DNA of 64,000 bases from an uncultured Actinomycetota bacterium. Lineage in GTDB: Bacteria; Actinomycetota; Actinomycetes; JAHEKZ01. Where the stretch lies: positions 127,763 to 191,762 of the forward strand of contig CAWGPZ010000009.1 in the NCBI GenBank assembly GCA_963824605.1. The letters are read 5' to 3'. How positions within the stretch are numbered: the stretch's first letter is position 1; each line of letters starts with the position of its first letter. The position numbers and the translations under genes are program-made. Shown piece after piece: positions 51,069 through 60,438 of this stretch. Below the pieces are notes generated by a model. It had not been told where the DNA came from. It worked only from the letters and a program-made list of their open reading frames with translations, and searched no databases.

Positions 51069-51887
51069 ATGACGCAGACCGACCCCTCCGGCCCGCTCAC
51101 GGCAGGAACCGGAGCGCCCGGTCGCGCGCACATCACCCTGCGAACGCTCCGCACCGACCGCTGGTGGGTGCAGCCGGCCATCACCGCTGGAGTTCTCTTC
51201 AGCTTCGTCATCTACGCAACCTGGCGCGCCTTCGAGAACGCCTACTACTACGTCACCCCCTACCTTTCACCGTTCTACTCCCCCTGTGTGGCAGAGAACT
51301 GCGCTCCCGGGTCAGATGACCTCGGCCGCATCGTCGGCGACTGGTACCCGCTCTCCCCGGCGCTGCTGATCCTGATCTTCCCGCTCGGGTTCCGGATGAC
51401 CTGCTACTACTACCGCAAGGCGTACTACCGCTCCTTCTGGCTTTCACCTCCGGCATGCGCCGTGGCCGAGCCGCACCGGAAGTACACCGGCGAGACCCGG
51501 GCGCCGCTGATCCTGCAGAACTCGCACCGCTGGTTCTTCTACGCCGGTCTGATCTTCAACGTCATCCTCACCTGGGACGCCCTCCTGGGCTTCCGCAACT
51601 CCGACGGTGAGTGGGGGCATATGGGCCTGGGCACGGTGATCTTGTTGGGCAATGCCACCTTGCTGTGGCTCTACTCGCTGTCGTGCCACTCGTGCCGCAA
51701 CACCTTCGGTGGACGCCTCAAGCACTTCTCCAAACATCCGGTCCGCTACCGCACCTGGACGTTCATCAGTCGGCTCAATACGCGGCACCCACTCTTTGCC
51801 TGGCTCTCGCTCTTCGGCGTCGCCTTCACCGATTTCTACGTACGTCTTCTGGCGACCGGCACCCTCTCAGACCCCACCTTCTTCTAG
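51069..51887 (+). CDS. Sdh1 membrane anchor (Rv0249c-like)
   Basis: SPFYSPC, FRMTCYYYRKAYYR, SCHSCR. Confidence 0.85.
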   Translation: MTQTDPSGPLTAGTGAPGRAHITLRTLRTDRWWVQPAITAGVLFSFVIYATWRAFENAYYYVTPYLSPFYSPCVAENCAPGSDDLGRIVGDWYPLSPALLILIFPLGFRMTCYYYRKAYYRSFWLSPPACAVAEPHRKYTGETRAPLILQNSHRWFFYAGLIFNVILTWDALLGFRNSDGEWGHMGLGTVILLGNATLLWLYSLSCHSCRNTFGGRLKHFSKHPVRYRTWTFISRLNTRHPLFAWLSLFGVAFTDFYVRLLATGTLSDPTFF

Positions 51888-51914
51888 AGACCACTTACCC
51901 GAAGGGCTCCCCGA

Positions 51915-53810
51915 ATGACCGACCTCGAGCGACACTCCTACGACGTCGTGGTCATCGGCGCGGGCGGTGCCGGTCTTCGCGCAGCCATCGAGGCCCGCGA
52001 ACAGGGCAAGCGCACAGCGATCATCTGCAAGTCGCTCTTCGGTAAGGCGCACACGGTCATGGCCGAGGGCGGGATCGCCGCCTCGATGGGCAATGTGAAC
52101 AGCAAGGACAGCTGGCAGGTGCACTTCCGCGACACCATGCGCGGCGGCAAGTTCCTCAACCTCTGGCGCATGGCCGAGCTGCACGCCAAAGAGGCGCCCC
52201 AGCGCGTGTGGGAGCTCGAGACCTGGGGCGCGCTCTTCGACCGCACACCGGACGGTCGGATCAGTCAACGGAACTTCGGGGGGCACGAGTACCCGAGGCT
52301 GGCCCACGTCGGCGACCGCACCGGTCTCGAGCTCATCCGCACCCTGCAGCAGAAGATCGTGTCGCTCCAGCAGGCCGACGAGCAGGAGTTCGGCGACCCC
52401 GAGGCACGCCTTCGCGTCTTTGCTGAGTGCACGATCACCGAGATCCTCAAAGACGATGAGCGAGTAGCCGGCGCCTTTGGCTACTGGCGCGAGTCCGGTC
52501 GATTCATTGCCTTTGACGCACCCGCAGTGATCTTGGCGACCGGCGGGATCGGCAAGTCGTTCAAGGTCACCAGCAACTCGTGGGAGTACACCGGAGACGG
52601 TCACGCCCTCGCGCTCAAGGCTGGTGGCTCGCTCGTCAACATGGAGTTCATCCAGTTCCACCCCACGGGAATGGTGTGGCCGCCCAGCGTCAAGGGCATC
52701 TTGGTCACCGAGTCCGTGCGCGGTGACGGCGGCGTCCTGAAGAACGCCGGCGGGCAGCGCTTCATGTTCGACTACGTCCCCGACGTCTTCCGCGACAAAT
52801 ACGCCCATGACGAGGCGGAGGGCGACCGCTGGTACACCGACCCCGACAACAACCGACGTCCGCCAGAGCTCCTTCCCCGCGACGAGGTAGCCCGCGCCAT
52901 CAACTCCGAGGTCAAGGCAGGACGTGGCTCACCTCACGGTGGGGTGTTCCTCGATGTGGCATCTCGCCTCCCGGCCGAGACCATTCGGAAGAAGCTCCCG
53001 TCGATGTACCACCAGTTCAAAGAGCTGGCTGGCGTCGATATCACGGCCGAGCCCATGGAGGTAGGTCCCACCTGCCACTACGTCATGGGCGGTGTCGAGG
53101 TCGAGCCAGACACCGGATCCGCGGCCGGGGTCCCGGGGCTCTTTGCGGCTGGCGAGGTGGCCGGTGGAATGCATGGGTCCAACCGTCTGGGTGGCAACTC
53201 CCTCTCCGACCTCCTGGTCTTCGGACGTCGCGCGGGCCTGGGCGCGTCCCAGTACGTCGACAGCCTCGAAGGCTCGCGGCCCGCGATGTCCGGCGACGAC
53301 ATCGACCAGGCGGCCACGGCTGCCGTTGCCCCGTTCAACGGGGACGGGTCAGAGAACCCCTACACGGTGCACACCGAGCTGCAGATGACCATGAACGACC
53401 TCGTCGGCATCATTCGGCGTTCGGAAGAGATGCAGGACGCACTCGACCAGCTCGCCGCCCTCAAGGCCCGAGCCGCAGCCGTCACGGTCGAGGGTCACCG
53501 CCAGTTCAACCCGGGCTGGCACCTGGCTCTCGACCTCGACAACATGCTGCTGGTCTCAGAGTGCGTCGCTCGGGCAGCCCTCATGCGTGAGGAGTCGCGA
53601 GGTGGCCATACCCGCGAGGACTTCCCCCTGATGAGCTCGGAGTGGCGCCAGACAAACCTGATCTGTCGAGCAGAGGGTGACGACGTGTCGGTCGTGAAGC
53701 AACCACTGCCGAGCATGCCCGACGAGCTGCTCCAGCTCTTCGAGCGAGATGAGCTGGACAAGTACATGACCGAAGCTGAGCTGACGGTGCTGCCGAAGGG
53801 TGATGCGTAA
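51915..53810 (+). CDS. sdhA: Succinate dehydrogenase/fumarate reductase flavoprotein
   Basis: GAGGAG, AHTVMAEGG, QFHPTG, HYVMGG, HGSNRLGGNSL, ESRGGH. Confidence 0.95.
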   Translation: MTDLERHSYDVVVIGAGGAGLRAAIEAREQGKRTAIICKSLFGKAHTVMAEGGIAASMGNVNSKDSWQVHFRDTMRGGKFLNLWRMAELHAKEAPQRVWELETWGALFDRTPDGRISQRNFGGHEYPRLAHVGDRTGLELIRTLQQKIVSLQQADEQEFGDPEARLRVFAECTITEILKDDERVAGAFGYWRESGRFIAFDAPAVILATGGIGKSFKVTSNSWEYTGDGHALALKAGGSLVNMEFIQFHPTGMVWPPSVKGILVTESVRGDGGVLKNAGGQRFMFDYVPDVFRDKYAHDEAEGDRWYTDPDNNRRPPELLPRDEVARAINSEVKAGRGSPHGGVFLDVASRLPAETIRKKLPSMYHQFKELAGVDITAEPMEVGPTCHYVMGGVEVEPDTGSAAGVPGLFAAGEVAGGMHGSNRLGGNSLSDLLVFGRRAGLGASQYVDSLEGSRPAMSGDDIDQAATAAVAPFNGDGSENPYTVHTELQMTMNDLVGIIRRSEEMQDALDQLAALKARAAAVTVEGHRQFNPGWHLALDLDNMLLVSECVARAALMREESRGGHTREDFPLMSSEWRQTNLICRAEGDDVSVVKQPLPSMPDELLQLFERDELDKYMTEAELTVLPKGDA

Positions 53811-54664
53811 TGGGCTACACCGCGAAGTTCCGGGTCTGGCGAGGCTCAGATGCCGACGGAGAGCTGAACCCCTACGAGGTCGATGTCAATGAGGGCGAAG
53901 TAGTCCTCGACGTCATCCACCGACTTCAGGCCACCCAAACCCCTGACCTCGCAGTCCGCTGGAACTGCAAGGCTGGCAAGTGCGGCTCGTGCAGCGCAGA
54001 GATCAACGGTCGCCCACGGCTGCTCTGCATGACCCGAATGAACACCTTTGACGAGTCCGAGACCATCACAGTCACGCCGCTGCGAGCCTTCCCGGTCATT
54101 CGTGACCTCGTCACCGACGTCTCGTTCAACTACCAGAAGGCTCGCGAGGTTCCGTCCTTCACGCCGCCCCCCGGCCTCAAGGCCGGTGACTACCGCATGG
54201 AACAGATCGACGTCGAGCGAAGTCAGGAGTTCCGCAAGTGCATCGAGTGCTTCCTGTGCCAGGACACCTGCCACGTCATCAGAGATCACGAAGAGAACAA
54301 GCCGGTCTTTGCCGGGCCGCGCTTCTTCATCCGCATCGCTGAGCTCGACATGCACCCGCTCGACACCTTGGAGCGCAAGCACTCGGCACAGGAAGACTTC
54401 GGGCTCGGCTACTGCAACATCACCAAGTGCTGTACCGAGGTGTGCCCCGAGGGCATTCACATCACCGACAACGCCATCATTCCCATGAAGGAGCGGGTCG
54501 TCGACAGCAAGTACGACCCGGCATTCGGGCTCTTCCGGGTCCTCCGGTCCCGATCGAAGTCGAGCAAGACGATGAACGAGCAGGCCGACCGCGCATGGAA
54601 CCTGTTGCGCTCGGTCGAAGACGGTGACGTCGAGTACGCCGACGGTCGCCGATCAGGTGGCTGA
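53810..54664 (+). CDS. sdhB: Succinate dehydrogenase iron-sulfur subunit (true 3' end probably near 54575)
   Basis: CKAGKCGSC, CIECFLC, CNITKCCTEVCP. Confidence 0.92.
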   Translation: MGYTAKFRVWRGSDADGELNPYEVDVNEGEVVLDVIHRLQATQTPDLAVRWNCKAGKCGSCSAEINGRPRLLCMTRMNTFDESETITVTPLRAFPVIRDLVTDVSFNYQKAREVPSFTPPPGLKAGDYRMEQIDVERSQEFRKCIECFLCQDTCHVIRDHEENKPVFAGPRFFIRIAELDMHPLDTLERKHSAQEDFGLGYCNITKCCTEVCPEGIHITDNAIIPMKERVVDSKYDPAFGLFRVLRSRSKSSKTMNEQADRAWNLLRSVEDGDVEYADGRRSGG

Positions 54665-54957
54665 GGCCATGGGGCAGGCCAAGGCGATGGCGCAGCACAG
54701 GAACCGTTCTGGCCCGCCTCGAGGCACTCGACCACTTCGAGGCCGGTCGTCTGGACGAAGCAGCCGCCGAGGCTCAGGCATCCCTGAACTGGCACCGAAG
54801 CGCACGCGAGCGCTCTGACGCATGGGTGACCCTCGCCCGCGTGTACGACGCGCAAGAGCGCCCGACGGCCACCGTCGAGGCGGTCGAGAACGCAAGGCGT
54901 TTCTGGCCGGACAACCCTCGGTTGGCACACTTCTCAGGTAGCGACGTTCGCCCATGA
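54572..54957 (+). CDS. Probable small TPR-like helical protein, frameshifted
   Basis: Manual reading: MNEQADRAWNLL.. then LARLEALDHFEAGRLDEAAAEAQASL..DAWVTLARVYDAQ..ARRFWPDNP; stop overlaps next ATG. Confidence 0.5.
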
Positions 54958-55253
54958 GTCGGGTCCTCGAGCCTGCAGAGATCGACCGACAGCTCGGCGA
55001 CCTGCCGGGCTGGACACACGACGGGTCGAGCCTGCACCGCAGCATCGAGTTCCCCAGCTTTCCCGAGGCCATCGCGGCGGTCGCCACCCTCGCGATCGAC
55101 GCCGAGGAGATGAATCACCACCCCGACATCGACATCCGCTGGCGAACGGTCAACCTGACGCTCTCGACGCACTCAGCAGGCGGGATCACCCAGCTCGACA
55201 TCGAGCTCGCTCACCGGATCGAACGTCACGCACCACGAAGCGGAGCGACCTAG
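54954..55253 (+). CDS. Pterin-4-alpha-carbinolamine dehydratase
   Basis: AEEMNHHPDIDIRW, THSAGGITQLD. Confidence 0.92.
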   Translation: MSRVLEPAEIDRQLGDLPGWTHDGSSLHRSIEFPSFPEAIAAVATLAIDAEEMNHHPDIDIRWRTVNLTLSTHSAGGITQLDIELAHRIERHAPRSGAT

Positions 55254-55263
55254 GAAAGGCCCC

Positions 55264-55837
55264 ATGACGACACTGACAGGACGCCCCAAGACCGCGCTCC
55301 TCGTCATCGACGTTCAGAACCAGGTGATGTCCGGCGTGCACGAGCGCGATGCCGTGATCAGGAACATCAGCAGCCTCGTCGAGAAGGCCCGCGACGAGAA
55401 CGTCCCGGTGGTCTGGGTGCAGGACAGCGGGGAGGGCCTCCCGAGGGGGAGCGAGGGCTGGCGAGCTCGTTCCCGAGCTCGAGCCTGCGATGGGAGAGCC
55501 GCTGGTGCACAAGCAGTACGCCGACTCGTTCGAGGAGACCGACCTCGAAGAGGTGCTCTCAGATCTCGCGGTGGGGCGACTGATCGTCAGCGGGGCACAG
55601 ACCGACGAATGCATCAGGTCGACGCTGCACGGTGCAGTCGTCCGCGGCTACGACGCCACGCTGGTTTCGGACGCTCACTCAACGGAGGACTTCAGCGAGT
55701 GGGGAGCGCCCACACCAGACAAGGTGATCGCACACACCAACCTCTACTGGAGCAGCCATGCGGCACCCGGGCGGCAGGCCGGAACGGTCACGACTGACGC
55801 GGTCGACTTCAGCCCGGCTTCGTCACGCGAAAGCTGA
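55264..55837 (+). CDS. Isochorismatase-family cysteine hydrolase (frameshift near 55462)
   Basis: ALLVIDVQ, K..DSF, GAQTDECIRST, DAH. Confidence 0.82.
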
Positions 55838-56240
55838 ACACCATGCTCGTGGGGTGTGGGTCGCACACGACCGTGTAGATGCCACGACGAAGGTCAACCC
55901 GCCAAACCCATCTACCTGTGCCACGCACGCTCGTGCTCTTCTGGACGCCGGGTCCGTAGATCCGCCAGTTGTGGCGTTTGGTGCTGTCGCGAACGACGAT
56001 CTTGTATCGGCCCTTCGTCAGCGACGTGTCGCTGATCGTGATGTCTCGGGCGTCGTTGACGATGCCCACTAGTTTCGGAAGCCCCTGAACCGTTCGTCCA
56101 CCTCGAAACAGCGTGGCGTCCTCGCCGATCAGTCCCGCCTGATGGGATTGATGTGCCGGCTCAGCATGAGCCATGCCAAAGACCCCGATCGCGAGCGAGC
56201 AGGCGGCGATGAGCGCAATGGCGGAACTACTCGTCTTCAC
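55809..56240 (-). CDS. Secreted cupredoxin-like protein
   Basis: Signal peptide (AHA), HNW, C-D-P-H-x3-M type-1 copper motif. Confidence 0.7.
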   Translation of the reverse strand: MKTSSSAIALIAACSLAIGVFGMAHAEPAHQSHQAGLIGEDATLFRGGRTVQGLPKLVGIVNDARDITISDTSLTKGRYKIVVRDSTKRHNWRIYGPGVQKSTSVRGTGRWVWRVDLRRGIYTVVCDPHPTSMVFSFRVTKPG

Positions 56241-56291
56241 CCATCCACGGTAGGCGAACGCGAGAGAGCCGTGTGCCGCCGAACGAGGGAA

Positions 56292-56487
56292 CTAGCCGAC
56301 GCGTTCCCAGACCACGATGGTGTTGCGGTCCTGGCTGTAGACGTGGGCCATGCGATAGCCGTTCTCCGCCCGTTCGTTGGCAGCCTTCGTGAAGCTGCCG
56401 CATGTTGACAGAGCCTTCGTTCACCTCGATCTCGTAGACCGGTCCGCCCTTCTTGCCGCCGCTGAAACCACCGATACCCAGAACCAT
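56292..56487 (-). CDS. Small hypothetical protein (DUF4177-like), frameshifted
   Basis: GGAGGAG RBS; corrected reading ..VNMRQLTKAANERAENGYRMAHVYSQDRNTIVVWERVG. Confidence 0.55.
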
Positions 56488-56617
56488 CGCTCCTCCAGAC
56501 TCTCTGTGTCGACGCCGGGCTCGCACCGCCCCCGAATCGGCCTTGCAGGGAATTCAAGGTGGGCGCCAACGAATCCGATCTTCTGGAGAACATCCAACCA
56601 CCGAAAGGGTCATTCCC

Positions 56618-57115
56618 GTGCCACACGAGTCAGAGCTCATCGAGAAGGCCCAAACGGCGCTGGGGTCGGACCACACGGTCATCGCCGCAGGCGTCTTCGG
56701 ACTGCAGGACAACTACAAGGCGCTCTTCGTCGGTGGGCTTGCTTCCTCAGCCGTTGCTGACGCGCTTCCGGGTGGCGCAATGACGGACGGGGCCACTGCT
56801 GCCGCCGGCGTTCACGTCACGCGCCAGGTCATGGCCGAGACCCAGGGTGTGACCGTTCGGATGCTCGTAGCCGTCACGGACGAGTCGATCCATCTGTTCG
56901 CGCTCGGTGCGACCGGATTCGAGCCCAAGCACGAGCTCCTGGCTTTCAACCGGGCGACGACCACTTGCGAGGAGAAGAAGTTCGGTGCCAGCCGGAAGCT
57001 GAAGCTCACCGACTCGGCCTCCGGACAGGAGATCGGGCTGGTCGGCTCTGCCGCCTTCTTCTCCCCCTACACCGAAGGCGACAAGGCCGTCCTGGCTGCC
57101 GTCAAGTCTGACTGA
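56618..57115 (+). CDS. Hypothetical protein
   Basis: GAAAGG RBS before GTG; coding-like codon usage. Confidence 0.6.
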   Translation: MPHESELIEKAQTALGSDHTVIAAGVFGLQDNYKALFVGGLASSAVADALPGGAMTDGATAAAGVHVTRQVMAETQGVTVRMLVAVTDESIHLFALGATGFEPKHELLAFNRATTTCEEKKFGASRKLKLTDSASGQEIGLVGSAAFFSPYTEGDKAVLAAVKSD

Positions 57116-57181
57116 CCACCTCAGTGAGCGAGCCCTTTCGGCGAGGCCCGGCTCCTCCGGGGACTTCAAGCCACAGCCTGG

Positions 57182-57892
57182 CTATTTCTGCTTGATGACC
57201 TCTGCGATTCGGCGAGCCCGAGCTTCCTCGGCATGCGGTGCCGAGCTCGAACGTGGCACGGGCGCTCCTATCACTCGGCTGAGTATCAGGTCTGCCAGCT
57301 CCGGGTTGAGGGCCAACACCGGACCGTGCAGTTGCGTGCCGATCACCCGGTCCGTAGCGACCCCGTCCCTGGACCACGGGCTGCTCGCCTTGACTCCTCG
57401 AACGGCGCAGAGTGATCTGACCTCAGGCCCTCGGGAGATGGAGAGGGCACCCGAGCGCCACCCGACCATCGCCGGAAGCCTGATCTCTGGCTGAGGGATC
57501 GTTGCCACGGTTTCAAGGTGCCTGCTACTGGAAAGCACATCAGCATCGACGAGTCCGAGCCCATGTGGCCGCACACCCGAAGCTTCCTGCCAGCTCCGAC
57601 AGAGCGCAACCATCCCCGCGTCCACGGCGAACACCATCGCACGGCCTGATAGGACACGCTCTCTCAGGTCGGTGCGTCGAAGCTGCGAGACCAGGTCAGC
57701 GACGCCACTGAGACCATCCCCTCCCAGCAGGTAGACATCAGCCTCCACCGCGACGTCAGATGTATTGACCGTCGTAAGTGTCGTCTCGATTCCCCGTAGG
57801 TGTGCCCGACGTGCCAGTGCCGTCGCATTCGCTTCGTCTCCCGCCGCAACCGTTGCGAGTGGGAACATCGTGGCTATCGCAAGCGTCGTCAC
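57182..57892 (-). CDS. gatD: GatD/CobQ-like glutamine amidotransferase, catalytically degenerate
   Basis: GDEANA, LGGDG, GLGLVD, LHGPVLALNPELAD; GTGA overlap with murT stop; expected catalytic Cys position reads AVDAG. Confidence 0.72.
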   Translation of the reverse strand: MTTLAIATMFPLATVAAGDEANATALARRAHLRGIETTLTTVNTSDVAVEADVYLLGGDGLSGVADLVSQLRRTDLRERVLSGRAMVFAVDAGMVALCRSWQEASGVRPHGLGLVDADVLSSSRHLETVATIPQPEIRLPAMVGWRSGALSISRGPEVRSLCAVRGVKASSPWSRDGVATDRVIGTQLHGPVLALNPELADLILSRVIGAPVPRSSSAPHAEEARARRIAEVIKQK

Positions 57893-59190
57893 AGCATGCT
57901 CGCCCGGAAGTGCTTGGAGAGCCGGCGAAAGGCCGGGTAGTTGCATGCCACGATTACTTCTCCAGCTGATCCTTCGCCGGCAGCCGCAGCGATCGCGTCC
58001 GACGCGTCCGGGAACTCGACACCGTCCACGTGTGCGGCCTCCAGCACGGCCAGCGCATCCGCGGCCCTTCCTCCCGTCACCGGCAGACTGCGGCCGGAGA
58101 GCCGCCCGAAGGGGGCCTCCCACATGGTTGTCGTGTCCCTAGGGCCGAACGGGTCGACGGCGATCACGAAGGGGGTGCCGGAGGAAACCGCGATGTCAAT
58201 GGCCTCCGTCCATCCAGCAGGATTCTTGAGCATCAGAAGCCGCGCCGACCGCCCGCGCACGGGAAACGGAAAATATCGACCGTCGACGTCCACGACCCGA
58301 CTCATGGCCCAGGCTGCGGTGCCGACGTCGATTCCCATCTCGACACCGGCAGCCAACCCGAAGGCGGCGCCGATGGGAGCAGTGCGACCCGGTACCGCGA
58401 CGCGCACCGCCTCCGAGCCGTGTGGATGCTCGATCAGCCAGGCCCCATTGCCCACCTGCGTCTCGATCCGCCAGGCCGGGTCGGGTCGTCGTCGGCCGCA
58501 CCCGGGGCAGGACCACCCATCGGCCAGCCACTGATGCTCTCGACCACAGGCAGGGCAGAGCGCCGCGTCCACCTGCCAGCCGAGCGCACCGGCCACGCCC
58601 ACCACCCGGGGAGCGCCTTCGAAGGCCCACATGGTCAACGGGTCGTCGACGTTCGCCACCACCACCGAATCGGTCGGTAGATGGTCCGCAACGTCCCGCC
58701 AGTGCTCCAAGGTTGCCGCAAGAGACACCCCTCGCGTGTACTCACGAAAGGCGTTCAGCGCAATGATCACGCTTGGCTCGAGCGCATCGACGACAGGGCG
58801 CAAATAGACCTCATCGACCTCGATGGCGGCAAGCTCACTGGTGCGGTCGGATGCCATGACGGTCACGATCCCGTCCGGCATGTTCGCCCCCGTCGCATTG
58901 GTCACGACCGAGCCACTCGCTCGCAGCACCGCGGCTACGAGTGCTGTGACGGTGCTCTTCCCGTTCGTCCCCGTCACCAGGACCGATCGGCGAGTCCGGC
59001 CAACGCGGGCAAGCAGCTGCGGGTCGATACGCAGGGCCAGCCGGCCGCCGATCACCTCACCCGAACCCCTACCCAGTAACTGGGACAGCGTGGAGGCACA
59101 TCGACCCGCCGTCAACGCAGCAGTGGATCGCACTAGTTGTGAACCGTTCTCGTTGTCATCGGAGCGAGTACCTCCGACGCCCATGTCCAT
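57889..59190 (-). CDS. murT: MurT-like Mur ligase with DUF1727
   Basis: GSGEVIGG, GTNGKST, GANM, EVDE, NVDDP, CPxC..CPxC, KNPAGW. Confidence 0.85.
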   Translation of the reverse strand: MDMGVGGTRSDDNENGSQLVRSTAALTAGRCASTLSQLLGRGSGEVIGGRLALRIDPQLLARVGRTRRSVLVTGTNGKSTVTALVAAVLRASGSVVTNATGANMPDGIVTVMASDRTSELAAIEVDEVYLRPVVDALEPSVIIALNAFREYTRGVSLAATLEHWRDVADHLPTDSVVVANVDDPLTMWAFEGAPRVVGVAGALGWQVDAALCPACGREHQWLADGWSCPGCGRRRPDPAWRIETQVGNGAWLIEHPHGSEAVRVAVPGRTAPIGAAFGLAAGVEMGIDVGTAAWAMSRVVDVDGRYFPFPVRGRSARLLMLKNPAGWTEAIDIAVSSGTPFVIAVDPFGPRDTTTMWEAPFGRLSGRSLPVTGGRAADALAVLEAAHVDGVEFPDASDAIAAAAGEGSAGEVIVACNYPAFRRLSKHFRASML

Positions 59191-60313
59191 CGAGCAGATC
59201 CCCCAGGCGCTCGGCATCGAGCGCGTGCAGAACCAAGTGATCTCGACCCTCCATCGTCTCGGCCTGCAACATTGCATTGAGAATCGCCTCAGCTGTCGCC
59301 TCGATGACCGCTGCAAACATGCCGTCAAAATGAGGAAGCGCCAGCGTCTGAACCGTAAGGGCCGCAGGCGTCGTCGAGCCCGGTCCCTGGTCGGGCAGAC
59401 CCCGCGCCGCCGTTGAGAATGCGATCATGAGGTCACCCGAGTAGTTGTCGCCCCTGGCCCCGAACTTGGCAATTCCGAGCCCAGCGCGCTGTGCCAAGCG
59501 ATTGAGTTGATGAGGAAGCAACGGCGCGTCCGTTGCGACGACGGCAAGCACCGACCCCGTGCCGGCTGGTACGGCCGTGGCCGACGGCATGCTGGGGATC
59601 GGAATCTCTCGTCGATCCAGCACCTGACCGACTGGCACACCATTCACCTCGAAGTGGCGACGATCACCATGGTTGGCTTGTACGAGGACCCCCACCGTGT
59701 AGGTGGCCTCGCCGCACCCCACCAGGCGTGATGCAGTGCCGCTGCCTCCCTTGAAGCCATAGCACTGAAGCCCTGTCCCGCCACCCACGTTTCCCTCGGC
59801 GATAGGGCCAGAACGGACGTCGTCAAACGCCGCACGCACGTGGTCAGGCGTGATGTGTTGACCGGAGATGTCGTTGAGGATGCCGTCCCATGTCTCGCCG
59901 ACGACCGGAAGCATGATGGGCGTCCGTCCTGGGACCTCCGCCTCCAGGGCAATCATGGTGTCGCGAACAACACCGACACTGTTTGTGTTGGTCAACGCAA
60001 TTGGGCTCGAGAGCATGCCGGACTCGTGCAGCCACTCGAGGCCAGTCAGTTCGCCGAATCCATTCAGTCGGTGATAGCCGGCGAAGATCGGCTCCACCGA
60101 CGGGCGACCGCCGTGCGGGAGCACGACCGTCACACCCGAGCGAACGGGGCCGTTCCCGACATCGAGATGTCCCGATCCGGCGATGACCGTGCAGTAGCCG
60201 ACGCCGACCCCATCGACATCGGTGATCGCGTTCCATGGGCCGGGACGGCCGGTACCGATTTCGATCCCCACGTCGCGCGCACGCACGCCCACTCCCATCG
60301 GTTCCAGGGACAA
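59156..60313 (-). CDS. DmpA/P1 family aminopeptidase
   Basis: NAITDV, NGFGE, PVVGETWDG, EGNVGGGTG, FKGG, cleavage G|SVLAVVATDAP, SGD. Confidence 0.9.
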   Translation of the reverse strand: MSLEPMGVGVRARDVGIEIGTGRPGPWNAITDVDGVGVGYCTVIAGSGHLDVGNGPVRSGVTVVLPHGGRPSVEPIFAGYHRLNGFGELTGLEWLHESGMLSSPIALTNTNSVGVVRDTMIALEAEVPGRTPIMLPVVGETWDGILNDISGQHITPDHVRAAFDDVRSGPIAEGNVGGGTGLQCYGFKGGSGTASRLVGCGEATYTVGVLVQANHGDRRHFEVNGVPVGQVLDRREIPIPSMPSATAVPAGTGSVLAVVATDAPLLPHQLNRLAQRAGLGIAKFGARGDNYSGDLMIAFSTAARGLPDQGPGSTTPAALTVQTLALPHFDGMFAAVIEATAEAILNAMLQAETMEGRDHLVLHALDAERLGDLLDGHGRRRYSLR

Positions 60314-60438
60314 TATGCCCCATGCACGAAAGACTATTCACCAGCCTAGGTCGCGATTCGGAGTGATGCCTGGAGGCGCGCAGAACGGCATCGGGGCCTT
60401 GGCCACTGGGCCTTGGTACCTGCGTGGGTAGCCTCGGG

